Assembly (NCBI GenBank): GCA_021792115.1
Contig: JAJYVI010000001.1
Coordinates: 1-34,496, forward strand
DNA length: 34,496 nt
Reading direction: 5' to 3'
Source of the DNA: Candidatus Micrarchaeota archaeon
GTDB lineage: Archaea > Micrarchaeota > Micrarchaeia > Micrarchaeales > Micrarchaeaceae
The notes below the pieces were generated by a model. It had not been told where the DNA came from. It searched no databases and worked only from the letters and a program-made list of their open reading frames with translations. Shown in pieces: positions 1 to 9,144 of the stretch (position 1 is its first letter; every line of letters begins with the position of its first letter). The translations under genes and the position numbers were made by a program.

Positions 1-1
1 A

Positions 2-772
2 AACCCAGGTATTACTGCAGTTGCTATTCCAATTTCTGCATATAATAATGAAAATTTAATATCGAAATCCAAAAATATAAAATGGAGCAATGAAAAAAGT
101 TTAATGGAGACTATAGATAATTTAAAGGATAAAATTGAATCAAATATAAAAATTAATAATAAACATAAAAAAGGAAAAGATACGCAGATACGGATTCTTA
201 TCCAAGACATAATACAGCATAATGGCCAGGTAGTTTTTGGGATAGATTACTCAGGTAAAATAAAGAAAAAAGATAAAGTAAAGATACTGCCTGAAAATAT
301 AACAGCCATAGTAAAATCAATCTCAAGCACTACGAACACTAATACACAAGATAGCAATGGGATACAGAAGATAAAAAATATTTCAATAAGATTTGATAGG
401 GAGATTGATATTAAAAGAGGAGATATCATATATGACATGCATTCTATGCCTACATACACTAAGAGATTTAGAGCAGAGATATTTGCTATAAATGCTATAG
501 ATATAAGCAAAAATATAGAAAAAATAAGGATTGTATTAAACAACAATGATAAGAAGATAATTAGTATGAAAATTTTGAGTACTTTATCCCCTATTACAGG
601 AAAAAAAATTTCTACAAATAGCAATAATAAAATAATCCCCAATACATATGTTGATGCAGAGGTAATTTTAAATTCAGATTACCCTATGGAGAAGTTTAGC
701 ACATTTGAGAACCTCGGCCGTTTTCTTATATTCGTTGGAGATAGATTTTCAGGTATAGGCAAAATAAAATAA
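2..772 (+). CDS. C-terminal part of an EF-1alpha/CysN-family translational-type GTPase (5' truncated by window edge)
   Basis: The frame is open from base 2 (NPGITAVAIPISAYNNENL..KSKNIKW..KSLMETID). IPISAxxxxN is a G5-like motif. It is followed by domain II-like (GKIKKKDKVKILP, IDIKRGDII) and domain III-like (PMEKFSTFENLGRFLI..GIGKI) segments. Confidence 0.7.
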   Translation, partial: NPGITAVAIPISAYNNENLISKSKNIKWSNEKSLMETIDNLKDKIESNIKINNKHKKGKDTQIRILIQDIIQHNGQVVFGIDYSGKIKKKDKVKILPENITAIVKSISSTTNTNTQDSNGIQKIKNISIRFDREIDIKRGDIIYDMHSMPTYTKRFRAEIFAINAIDISKNIEKIRIVLNNNDKKIISMKILSTLSPITGKKISTNSNNKIIPNTYVDAEVILNSDYPMEKFSTFENLGRFLIFVGDRFSGIGKIK

Positions 773-930
773 GTATTTGATAAATTACTTATATTTGAGA
801 CATAGATTTAGAAACTTTTGCAATTTCCTTTTACTTTTTTGTATGCTGCTTAGTAATATTCCATTCTTAGATAAGACTTAAAGTAATTTTATTAATAAAG
901 TAATGAGAGAGTATTGGAAAAATCAAATTT

Positions 931-977
931 TGTTGATAAAATAATAAAAATGTTGATAAAGTCAGACTTAATCAACA
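931..977. promoter_or_regulatory. Putative transcription-factor operator: direct repeat TGTTGATAAA x2 plus 27-bp palindrome
   Basis: TGTTGATAAA occurs at 931-940 and 951-960. 951-977 (TGTTGATaAAGTC-A-GACTTaATCAACA) is palindromic with one mismatched pair. It lies just upstream of a BRE/TATA. Confidence 0.55.
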
Positions 978-990
978 AAGGTATCTTGTA

Positions 991-1006
991 CGAAAGCTTT
1001 TTAAAT
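991..1006 (+). promoter_or_regulatory. Archaeal BRE-TATA promoter for the 1040 gene
   Basis: CGAAAGC-TTTTTAAAT lies about 35-50 bp upstream of ATG 1040. SD-like AGGTG at 1029-1033. Confidence 0.6.
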
Positions 1007-1039
1007 CTAAAGCACCGTAATTAAATTTAGGTGTTTTAA

Positions 1040-1387
1040 ATGAGTGGACGGGAAGAGGCAATCAAATTTAAACCGCAAGATAGAGATAGGGGAGAAAGTG
1101 TAAAAAAGCTTATCAGAACTAACTATGAGAGTGGAAGTGGCTTAAAAGATAGCTTACTTTACAATGCAACTATGGCACTTAAAACTGCAGAATATTTTGA
1201 AAAACGGGTTGGAGGAGCAAGAACAAGCAATTATTTTCAGGAATGCATCGAAAATTTAAATGAAATTGCACTGTTATCAGGAGGAAAAGTTAATAGCAAG
1301 ATAACAGAACTGATTGATGATGCAAAAAATAGACAATTGGTACAGATACTTAGGTCTTTTGATGAAAGAAAGGCCAGTATAAATTAA
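1040..1387 (+). CDS. Hypothetical small helical protein (TPR-like hairpin; possible distant paralog of the next two)
   Basis: 115-aa ORF with SD and promoter. Segment AEYFEKRVGGARTSNYFQECIENL. Confidence 0.7.
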   Translation: MSGREEAIKFKPQDRDRGESVKKLIRTNYESGSGLKDSLLYNATMALKTAEYFEKRVGGARTSNYFQECIENLNEIALLSGGKVNSKITELIDDAKNRQLVQILRSFDERKASIN

Positions 1388-1423
1388 TTTTATAATTATA
1401 GATTAATTATAGAGAGTGGTAAA

Positions 1424-1909
1424 ATGCAGAATAATGTAAAAAAGTATTGCAATAATACAGAATCTTGCAACATTGGCCATAAGACTGGTAAAGAGGACAT
1501 GCTTGGGATAATTGAAGATAAGATAAACGATGGGAAAAAATATTTTGAATATGCAAAAAAAACAGGCATAGGAAAATATTATGTTTATGCTCTAATTAAT
1601 TATAAAGCTGCTGATACCCTTCTTGAAAAAATACGCTTTGAAAGATTGAAAAAAAAGAATAATGACGGCATCGATGACATAAAATCAGGAAAATATGATT
1701 TTCTAGTAATAGCAAAAAATAATGCTGATTTATATGATAAAAGGTTCATCGAAACTGTTGAAAAGGAAATAAAATATGGAGATGAGGTAAAGAAGCAGGA
1801 AGAGAGTATATTGCATGAAATTGAGACTTTCTTTGAAAAAAAAGAAGCAGCAAAAGAAGAGGAGAAGTATGCTATGCTTTTGAGATCAGATATTGCGCAT
1901 ACTGCTTAA
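1424..1909 (+). CDS. Hypothetical helical protein, paralog of 2012-2425
   Basis: 161-aa ORF with purine-rich RBS-like GAGAGTGGT. Shares A-x-x-NY-x-x-A-x-x-LLE-x-[IL]R-x3-LK...DxIDD with the next ORF. Confidence 0.75.
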   Translation: MQNNVKKYCNNTESCNIGHKTGKEDMLGIIEDKINDGKKYFEYAKKTGIGKYYVYALINYKAADTLLEKIRFERLKKKNNDGIDDIKSGKYDFLVIAKNNADLYDKRFIETVEKEIKYGDEVKKQEESILHEIETFFEKKEAAKEEEKYAMLLRSDIAHTA

Positions 1910-2011
1910 AGTAGGCATAACCTTATTATTTTATTTATTTTATTTTCAGGTATATCTTAATATTCTAATTTTAATAGTCTAAATTATATATTTATAAAAA
2001 TAGTGCATAAA

Positions 2012-2425
2012 ATGGTAGAAAAAGATAATAAAAAACAGAAAGAAACTACAGACCAGGTTAATGAAGGTAGAAAAATTAGCAGCGCAGAAACGAGCAGTAC
2101 GCAGTATAGAGAGGTAGTTATTAGCGCAGTAAAGGAAAATTGCAGAATAGGAGAAAATTTCGAAAAATATGGAGATATCCTTCAGGCAATTGAAAACTAT
2201 GAATATGCATTGTTTCTTCTTGAATGCCTCCGGGATTCGCATTTAAAGTTAAATCGGAGAAAGGAAGATAATATTGACGACTCTTACAAAATCAGAAATA
2301 GGGAGTTGAAAGTCATAGACAAGAGTGATCCAAAACATAAAAAATTACTGGAAGATATAAAAGAGGAATATGCTCTAAGAATAGAGATTATGAAAAAGGT
2401 AAATGTGCTTACAGAACAAATATAG
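2012..2425 (+). CDS. Hypothetical helical protein with TPR-like motif
   Basis: ATG 2012 is preferred over GTG 2003. GENFEKYGDILQAIENYEYALFLL resembles a single TPR motif. Confidence 0.75.
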   Translation: MVEKDNKKQKETTDQVNEGRKISSAETSSTQYREVVISAVKENCRIGENFEKYGDILQAIENYEYALFLLECLRDSHLKLNRRKEDNIDDSYKIRNRELKVIDKSDPKHKKLLEDIKEEYALRIEIMKKVNVLTEQI

Positions 2426-2433
2426 TTGCAGAT

Positions 2434-2958
2434 TCAATCTTTTATTTTAGATACTGCAATCTTTTGAAATAGAAGCATGTGGGCAAGTTTTATTGAATCC
2501 TGTGTTTTAGCTATTTTTATACCTAGCTTTTTAGCACATTTTGCAGTCTGGTCAATGCTAGGCATGAAATCAGAGTCAGTATTTAATAAAGGTTTTATTT
2601 TTCTATATAATTGCTTGCTATCTGAAAAAAATACGAACTGATTACTTTCTTTTGCTCCTGCAAACATCACTGCACGATCTATCTGGCGTGTAAAAGAAGC
2701 AAAAAGAAGCATTTCCATAGCTATGCTCTTTGATGAATTTTGATTTTCATCAAACGCCTCTAAAGCATTTAAATATGCTGCAATAAGATGACTTTTATCA
2801 AGTATTGAGTTAGGATCAAATAACTGCGCAAACCCATTGCTTCTGCCGCTGTTGCTAAGCATATGAATCTTTGTAATCAGAGATTTTATGCTAAGGCTCG
2901 TTGATGCCTGCCTAATTATAAGACTATTTATTATTTTTGGATCCTGATTCAATGCCAT
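2434..2958 (-). CDS. cgi121: KEOPS complex subunit Cgi121
   Basis: QLFDPNSI...HLIAAYLNALEAF...SKSIAMEMLLFASFTRQIDRAV matches the Cgi121/TPRKB signature (E.LLy.s..RQI..A). Confidence 0.85.
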   Translation of the reverse strand: MALNQDPKIINSLIIRQASTSLSIKSLITKIHMLSNSGRSNGFAQLFDPNSILDKSHLIAAYLNALEAFDENQNSSKSIAMEMLLFASFTRQIDRAVMFAGAKESNQFVFFSDSKQLYRKIKPLLNTDSDFMPSIDQTAKCAKKLGIKIAKTQDSIKLAHMLLFQKIAVSKIKD

Positions 2959-3014
2959 TTTTTCACATAAAGTTTGCCCACAGAGAGATAAAATATATTT
3001 CTTCTTTTAGTATT

Positions 3015-3920
3015 CTAAACTATTGTAAGCCAGTCATTGAAATCTTCATCCTTACCTGAAACGATATCATAGAACCTACTGCTTATTGATTTTGTTATTT
3101 CCCCTGCAAGACCTTTAGATATATTTATACCATCAATATTAACTATTGGGGTTATCTCGGCTGCAGTGCCAGTGAAAAAGGCTTCATCGCTTGTGTAAAG
3201 CTCTTCTCTATGTATCTTTCTCTCAGTTACAGTAAGGCCTTTGGCTTTGGCTATTTTTATTACTGAATCACGTGTGATGCCAAGTAGAATATCTGATGAA
3301 TTGTCTGGCGTTATCAGCTCATTATCTTTTACAATGAATATATTTTCGCCTGGCCCCTCAGCAACATATCCATTACTTGAAAGGATTATTGCCTCATCAT
3401 AGCCTGCATGCTTAGCCTCTATGCTGCATAAAATAGAATTAATATAGTTTCCGCTTGCCTTAGCCTGTATCGGGATAATAGATGAATTAAATCGTCTCCA
3501 TGATGAAATCTTGCATTTTATGCCTCTCTCCTTATTTATGAAATAATTGCCAAAGTCAACTGCTGTTATAAACACACTTATTTTTTTATTTGCCACGCTC
3601 AAACCAATGTTCTGGTCATTGTAAAATGCAAATGGCCTGATATATGATGAAGAAAGCTTGTTTACCTTTAGTAGAGATATTACAGCATCTTCAATCTGTG
3701 CTTCATTATAGTTTAGGTCCATAGAATATATTTTTGCACTCCTAAAAAATCGCTTTATATGGTCATTAAGCCTAAAAATTGCAGTCTTTGAATTTTTTTT
3801 AATAGCATATGAGCGTATGCCTTCAAAAATTCCGCTGCCGTACTGTAATGAGTGCGTCAGAATTCCAACTTTTGCCTTTTCAGCATCAATAAGTTCTCCG
3901 TCAAGCCAGACTTTTTGCAT
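3015..3920 (-). CDS. ilvE: Branched-chain amino acid aminotransferase (class IV PLP enzyme)
   Basis: Motifs LQYGSGIFEGIR, YIRP, AKASGNY (PLP Lys), EGPGENIF, LLGITR, EAFFTGTAAEITP. Confidence 0.96.
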   Translation of the reverse strand: MQKVWLDGELIDAEKAKVGILTHSLQYGSGIFEGIRSYAIKKNSKTAIFRLNDHIKRFFRSAKIYSMDLNYNEAQIEDAVISLLKVNKLSSSYIRPFAFYNDQNIGLSVANKKISVFITAVDFGNYFINKERGIKCKISSWRRFNSSIIPIQAKASGNYINSILCSIEAKHAGYDEAIILSSNGYVAEGPGENIFIVKDNELITPDNSSDILLGITRDSVIKIAKAKGLTVTERKIHREELYTSDEAFFTGTAAEITPIVNIDGINISKGLAGEITKSISSRFYDIVSGKDEDFNDWLTIV

Positions 3921-4183
3921 TTAATCTCCCTATAAATAATACGGCAAACAGCTTATTAATTATTGCGGTTTAGCATATTCATTAAATAATAATTATTCCA
4001 TCAAGAAATTTTAGGGCTGTTTATAATTTATATTTATAATATTTATACAAAAAAATACAAAAAATAGTACAACTGATGCAAACAAGGAGACCAAATAAAA
4101 TTTTAACAATGCATATTTAATTAGCAGTAAGAGTCATAAGATTTATTCGTACCTTTTTTATATTTTGTATTATAAAATAAATT

Positions 4184-4498
4184 ATGGCGCGCAAATTCCA
4201 AAGACATATAGAGAATTTCAAATGCAGCAACTGCGGCAAATTTGTAGAAGGAAATGGGTACACAGATCACTGCCCAGAATGCCTCGAAGGAATGCATGTA
4301 GACAACAATCCTGGCGACAGAGCCTCAGACTGCCGTGGCGCAATGAAAGTATCATATGTAGAGTATAAATCAGGCAACTTTATCATACATTATAAATGCA
4401 GAAAATGCGGAATTGAAAAGAGGTTTATGGCAGCGCAAAATGACAATAAAGAAACATTAATGGCATTCTTTGAAAAAAATATTAAAGCTAAAGTTTAA
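4184..4498 (+). CDS. RNHCP-domain zinc-binding protein
   Basis: FKCSNCG...YTDHCPECL..MHVDNNPGDRASDCRGAM...CRKCG pattern, typical of the RNHCP family. Confidence 0.85.
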   Translation: MARKFQRHIENFKCSNCGKFVEGNGYTDHCPECLEGMHVDNNPGDRASDCRGAMKVSYVEYKSGNFIIHYKCRKCGIEKRFMAAQNDNKETLMAFFEKNIKAKV

Positions 4499-4510
4499 AT
4501 GTGATAGCAT

Positions 4511-4924
4511 ATGGCAATGAGGTATTCTAAAGGCGCAAGAAGCGAGAGAGAGCTTTTGCTTCGTCTTTATGGTATAAATTACTCTGTAATGCGCGCTGCT
4601 GGGAGTGGCGTAAACTCATTGAGCCCTGACATAATAGCAATAAAAGAAGGGAGAGGGTTTGCATTCGAATGCAAGGCCTGGGCTACAAACTTGCTTATAG
4701 AGCCTGAAAGATTAGATTCTCTCCAGGTATGGGAAAAAAATACTGGCATGCAAACTTTCATTGCATGGAAGATAAACAATAAGGGGTGGTTCTTTATAAA
4801 ACTCAACGAGCTCTTAAAAAATGGCAAGAATTACACAATGACAAAGAGCAGGGCATTCGAGATAAATAGACGATTTGAAGAGATAACTGGTATAGCCTGG
4901 CAGAAAAATCAGGCAGAAGAGTAA
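4511..4924 (+). CDS. hjc: Archaeal Holliday junction resolvase Hjc
   Basis: KGARSERELL, VMRAAGSG, PDIIA and FECK (PD-(D/E)xK catalytic motifs). Start is 4511 or 4517. Confidence 0.93.
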   Translation: MAMRYSKGARSERELLLRLYGINYSVMRAAGSGVNSLSPDIIAIKEGRGFAFECKAWATNLLIEPERLDSLQVWEKNTGMQTFIAWKINNKGWFFIKLNELLKNGKNYTMTKSRAFEINRRFEEITGIAWQKNQAEE

Positions 4925-5024
4925 ATATAGAAAAGTATTTTAATTTTTCAGCAAGATATTTAATAATTTAAAGTGTATTGTAATAAAAATTAATAATAGC
5001 AAATAAGTGAAAAGGCAGTAATTT

Positions 5025-5040
5025 GACAAAACTTTTTATA
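5025..5040 (+). promoter_or_regulatory. BRE-TATA promoter of the S13-S4-S11 operon
   Basis: GACAAAAC-TTTTTATA lies about 110 bp upstream of the rps13 ATG. Confidence 0.45.
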
Positions 5041-5151
5041 TCTTTATAACCTATTATTAATTCAGCATTTTAATGCGCACTATTTTTATTGCGCTATTTT
5101 TGATTTTCATTTTTCATAATTTATAGACTTAAACACTGAATACGTGAATTA

Positions 5152-5694
5152 ATGGCTGAAAAAACACCAACACCACGCAAAAAACCAGAGAACCTGACAT
5201 CAATAGTTAGGATAGCAGGAAGAGATATTAACGGCTCGCTTAACATAGAAAGAGGATTGCAAAGCATAAAAGGCATTGGAGCGAATACTGCAAAAATATT
5301 TGCAAATGCAATTGAAAGCAAGTTAGGCATAGATAAAAATACAACAATAGGGAGCCTAAACGAGGAACAAATAGATAAAATAGAAACCATGCTAAAATCT
5401 CCATCACAGTTAAACATACCTAATTTTATTTACAACAGGAGAAAAAACAGTGAAAATGGCCAGGACATGCATATAATAGGTAATGACCTTTTATTTGCAG
5501 TAAGGCAAGATATAAATAAGCAGGTAACAATAAAAACCTGGAGAGGATTTAGGCATCAGTATGGCTTAAAGGTAAGAGGGCAGTCAACGCGCTCAACAGG
5601 AAGAAGTGGTACAACAGTCGGTGTGCTCAAAAAGGCAATTAAGGCACAACAGCAGCCTGCTGCAAAAGGTGGAGCAGCGCCTGCAAAAAAATAA
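5152..5694 (+). CDS. rps13: 30S ribosomal protein S13 (uS13)
   Basis: IVRIAGRDING, IKGIG, WRGFRHQYGLKVRGQSTRSTGRSG. Confidence 0.97.
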   Translation: MAEKTPTPRKKPENLTSIVRIAGRDINGSLNIERGLQSIKGIGANTAKIFANAIESKLGIDKNTTIGSLNEEQIDKIETMLKSPSQLNIPNFIYNRRKNSENGQDMHIIGNDLLFAVRQDINKQVTIKTWRGFRHQYGLKVRGQSTRSTGRSGTTVGVLKKAIKAQQQPAAKGGAAPAKK

Positions 5695-5708
5695 ATTTTG
5701 GTGATTAA

Positions 5709-6272
5709 ATAGGATCAATAAAGAGGAACAGAAGAAAGCATGAAAATCCAAAGGATATTTTTAATGTTGAGAGGATAAAACAGGACAGGGCATTAGTAAA
5801 TGAATACGGACTCAAAAACATGAAAGAGCTCTGGCAGGTGCAATCCAAGATAAGCAATATCAGAAGGAACATCAGGCTTTTGCTTGCAGGAACCTCTAAG
5901 CAGGCAGGAAATGAAAGTGACATTGTAAACAAGCTTGTAAAGCAGGGAATTGCAAAGCAAGGCGCCACACTTGACGACCTTCTTGATCTGCAGGAAACGC
6001 AGTTTCTTGAAAGAAGGCTGCAGTCAGTAGTCTTCAGAAAGGGGCTTGCAAAATCAATCAAACAGGCAAGGCAGCTTGTAGTGCATGGATTCATAGGCAT
6101 AGATGGGAAGAAAATAGACAAGCCTGGTTTCTTAGTAGATGCAAACAAGGAGCAAAGTATTGCGTATTATAAGAAAATAGACCTGAATGCAGCACCTAAA
6201 ATAGAGATAACGAAACAAGAAAAGGAGGTTATTAAAGAGATAAAGGAAAAACAAGAGGCAGAAAAAATTTAA
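5709..6272 (+). CDS. rps4: 30S ribosomal protein S4 (uS4), apparent ATA start
   Basis: YGLKNMKELW, LERRLQSVV, KQARQLVVHGFI. The uS4-like N-terminus (GSIKRNRRKHENPKD) continues in frame upstream of ATG 5820 to ATA 5709, just after in-frame TAA 5706-5708 and SD GGTGA 5700-5704. Confidence 0.93.
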   Translation: MGSIKRNRRKHENPKDIFNVERIKQDRALVNEYGLKNMKELWQVQSKISNIRRNIRLLLAGTSKQAGNESDIVNKLVKQGIAKQGATLDDLLDLQETQFLERRLQSVVFRKGLAKSIKQARQLVVHGFIGIDGKKIDKPGFLVDANKEQSIAYYKKIDLNAAPKIEITKQEKEVIKEIKEKQEAEKI

Positions 6273-6303
6273 ACAAATAAAATATGCTTAAAACTGGGAT
6301 GAA

Positions 6304-6798
6304 ATGGCTAAAAAACAGAATGCAAAGGCAAAACCTGATGCAACAAAAAAAGAGGAAAAAAAGGAAATTGTATCATATGAGGCAAAGGCCTTAGAGGAAA
6401 AGCCAAAACCAACAAAAGAAAGATGGGGTGTTGCGCATGTCTATTCATCAAAAAACAACACGATAATAACAGTCACTGACATGAGCGGTGCTGAGACAAT
6501 TGCAGTTGGGAGTGGCGGAATGATGGTAACTGCTGATTCTCAGGAAGGCTCACCTTATGCTGCAATGCAGGCTGCGTATAAGGTCGCTGCCCAGGCAAAG
6601 GATAAGGGAATTACTAACATAAATATTGAGATACGCGCACCTGGAGGGCACAATTCAAAGAGCCCTGGGCCTGGAGCGCAGGCTGTTGTAAGGGTTCTTG
6701 CAAGGAGCGGAATACGCGTCAATAAAATTATGGATGTAACACCTATACCTACAGACACTACAAAAAGGCCTGGAGGAAGAAGAGGCAGGCGTGTATAA
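6304..6798 (+). CDS. rps11: 30S ribosomal protein S11 (uS11)
   Basis: [45 protein letters not shown]. Has a Lys/Glu-rich N-terminal extension. Confidence 0.97.
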   Translation: MAKKQNAKAKPDATKKEEKKEIVSYEAKALEEKPKPTKERWGVAHVYSSKNNTIITVTDMSGAETIAVGSGGMMVTADSQEGSPYAAMQAAYKVAAQAKDKGITNINIEIRAPGGHNSKSPGPGAQAVVRVLARSGIRVNKIMDVTPIPTDTTKRPGGRRGRRV

Positions 6799-6873
6799 TT
6801 CTATACAAGCATACCTCAAATCAGCCGAATTTTAACAGATTACAGTTTATCTCTAGCTTGTACTAGTCTGCTA

Positions 6874-6888
6874 TCTTTTTTTTATTTA
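6874..6888 (+). terminator. Putative oligo-T terminator of the S13-S4-S11 operon
   Basis: T8 run at 6876-6883, about 80 bp after the rps11 stop. Confidence 0.4.
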
Positions 6889-7182
6889 TAAGGTTACAGG
6901 TTAATTGCCCCTGTGGCAGCTTAGCCTTATTACATGCAAAATTAAATGGAGCCATCTGATTTTTAGCAATGTTTTTATAGTTTTGTAATAGAGATATATA
7001 TCGGTAGAGAACTATCAGGGCTGCTCTTATATTTTTATTATATTTTGCCAGATTACAGCACTGATGCTAAGCAAAATACATTTAAGTAAATTCAAACAAA
7101 TTGTCATAATTTATGCAAACCGCATTAACTGCATTGTTAATGCGTTTATTGATGGTATTTTATATAAAAAATGCGTGTTTCT

Positions 7183-8133
7183 ATGGCCAAAGAAAAAGCA
7201 ATAAAGGAAATAGAGGACCTTCCTGGAATTGGTGAGACTACTGCTGCAAAGCTAAGATCTCAAAACATTGATACACTTGAAAAGATAGCAGTGATGACCC
7301 CTCATGAACTTTCAGAAATCTCAGGCATAAGCGTTGAAAAAGCAAAAGATGCAGTGCAAGCAGCAAAAGACTCGACAACAATAAACTTTGAAACAGGAGA
7401 GGCTTTTTACGAAAAAAGAAAGGAAATAGGAAAAATAAGCACTGGCTCGAAAGAGCTGAACAACATGATAGGCGGTGGCGTCGAGACAAATGGAATTACA
7501 GAGGCATATGGAAAATTCAGCAGTGGAAAGACCCAGCTTGGGTTTATGCTTGCGGTTAATGTGCAGCTCCCTGCAAGCAAGGGAGGGCTTGACGGCAATG
7601 TGCTGTTTATAGACACAGAAGGGACATTCAGGCCTGAAAGGATAAAGCAGATATGCGATGCCCAGGACATAGACGCAAAAAAAACTCTTGAAAATATAAT
7701 CTATGTAAGAGCCAAGACAACAGAGGAGCAGATACTCACGCTTGAGAGAGCAGACAAAATCATACAGGAGAAGAACATAAAACTAATAATTATTGACTCT
7801 TTAACATCATTGTTTAGGTCAGAGTTCATAGGCAGGGGCGCACTTGGAGAGAGGCAGCAGAAGCTCAATCACCATGTGCATAGGCTGCAGATACTTGCTG
7901 ATAAATACCAGCTTGCAGCTTTTATAACAAACCAGGTAATGGACAATCCAGGAATACTTTTTGGCGATCCAACAACACCTATTGGTGGAAATGTGCTTGC
8001 GCATGCAGCAACGACAAGGCTCTACATGAGAAAAAGCAAGGAGGAACGCCGCATCGTGAAGCTTGTTGACTCACCATATATGCCAGAAGGAGAATGCGTA
8101 ATAAAAATCACAGACGGCGGAATAAAGGATTGA
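7183..8133 (+). CDS. radA: DNA repair and recombination protein RadA
   Basis: N-terminal HhH (LPGIG), FETG polymerisation motif, Walker A GKFSSGKTQ, IDTEGTFRPER, Walker B IIIDS, GGNVLAH. Start is 7183 or 7171. Confidence 0.97.
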   Translation: MAKEKAIKEIEDLPGIGETTAAKLRSQNIDTLEKIAVMTPHELSEISGISVEKAKDAVQAAKDSTTINFETGEAFYEKRKEIGKISTGSKELNNMIGGGVETNGITEAYGKFSSGKTQLGFMLAVNVQLPASKGGLDGNVLFIDTEGTFRPERIKQICDAQDIDAKKTLENIIYVRAKTTEEQILTLERADKIIQEKNIKLIIIDSLTSLFRSEFIGRGALGERQQKLNHHVHRLQILADKYQLAAFITNQVMDNPGILFGDPTTPIGGNVLAHAATTRLYMRKSKEERRIVKLVDSPYMPEGECVIKITDGGIKD

Positions 8134-8245
8134 TATGCATTTATGCATTTATAAACATTTTCTGCCTTGCACTGCGCTGCAGTGACAGCAGTAGTTTTTA
8201 GGAAAAAATGAATTTCTATTTCAAAAATCTATTATAAATGGTACA

Positions 8246-9115
8246 ATGTTTGAAAATATAATAAATGGATGGAAGATAGGAAAGGCAGTACGCAGCATAG
8301 TTATGAAAGATAAATCTCTTATGCTCTATCCTATTGTGTCTGTAATCATAGCACTTGCCTTGATTGCTGTGATATTCTTGGTAGGCATTATCGCTGCAGG
8401 TGCTGTGGCAAACCATAGCCTGATGTTAATAGCAGGAATAATCTTATTTTACATTGCTGTAACATTTTCCTCAACATATGTAAGCATTGCCTTGCTAATT
8501 GCCTACAAAAAATTCAACTCTGGAAAAAAGATTAGCATTGCACAAGCATTGTCCCTTGCAAGGCCTTACTGGAAAAATGCACTCAAGTGGGCAGTCTTTT
8601 ATTCTATCATAATAATGATATTGAATGCAATAGAATCCAGATTTAGAGGAATAGGCAGACTTGTAGTCGGGTTCATAGGCTCGCTTGCAATAAGCACAGC
8701 CGTGTTTTTCGTAGTCCCTGTCATACTTGAAAAGAACATAGGGCCGATTGATGCAATGAAAGAAAGTGTGAAGACCATTTATCATCAGTTTGGGCAGACC
8801 TTCGGAGGCTTTGCGTTTATTGATCTTTATTCTGCAATGTTTATTTTGCTCGGTGTTTTTATAATGGTTGCGTCTCTGGCATTGTTTGGCAGCAGCACAA
8901 TACTAAATGCAGTATTTATTGTAACTGGAATTATAGGCCTTGCGCTTGCAGTGTTTGGCGCTGTATTTGCTGCAACACTTGGACAGGTCTTTAAGCTTAT
9001 AATTTATGATTATGCAAACGGAAAACCTCTGCCAAAGGGAATAAGCGCACAAATGATCAGCAATGCAAGCAAAAAAAGAAAAACTGCTAGCAGCAACAAT
9101 GCAGGCAATATATAA
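8246..9115 (+). CDS. Polytopic membrane protein, DUF6159-like
   Basis: MFENIINGWKIGK...DKSLMLYP N-terminus, FFVVPVILEKNIGPIDAMKES, about 6 TM segments. Confidence 0.7.
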   Translation: MFENIINGWKIGKAVRSIVMKDKSLMLYPIVSVIIALALIAVIFLVGIIAAGAVANHSLMLIAGIILFYIAVTFSSTYVSIALLIAYKKFNSGKKISIAQALSLARPYWKNALKWAVFYSIIIMILNAIESRFRGIGRLVVGFIGSLAISTAVFFVVPVILEKNIGPIDAMKESVKTIYHQFGQTFGGFAFIDLYSAMFILLGVFIMVASLALFGSSTILNAVFIVTGIIGLALAVFGAVFAATLGQVFKLIIYDYANGKPLPKGISAQMISNASKKRKTASSNNAGNI

Positions 9116-9144
9116 AATTATAGTTTAATATGCAATATGATGCA

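Noticed and set aside
6799..7182. tRNA, SRP/RNase P RNA or riboswitch in the rps11-radA spacer
   Set aside because: I saw no cloverleaf/T-loop or recognisable conserved motif, only isolated hairpins.
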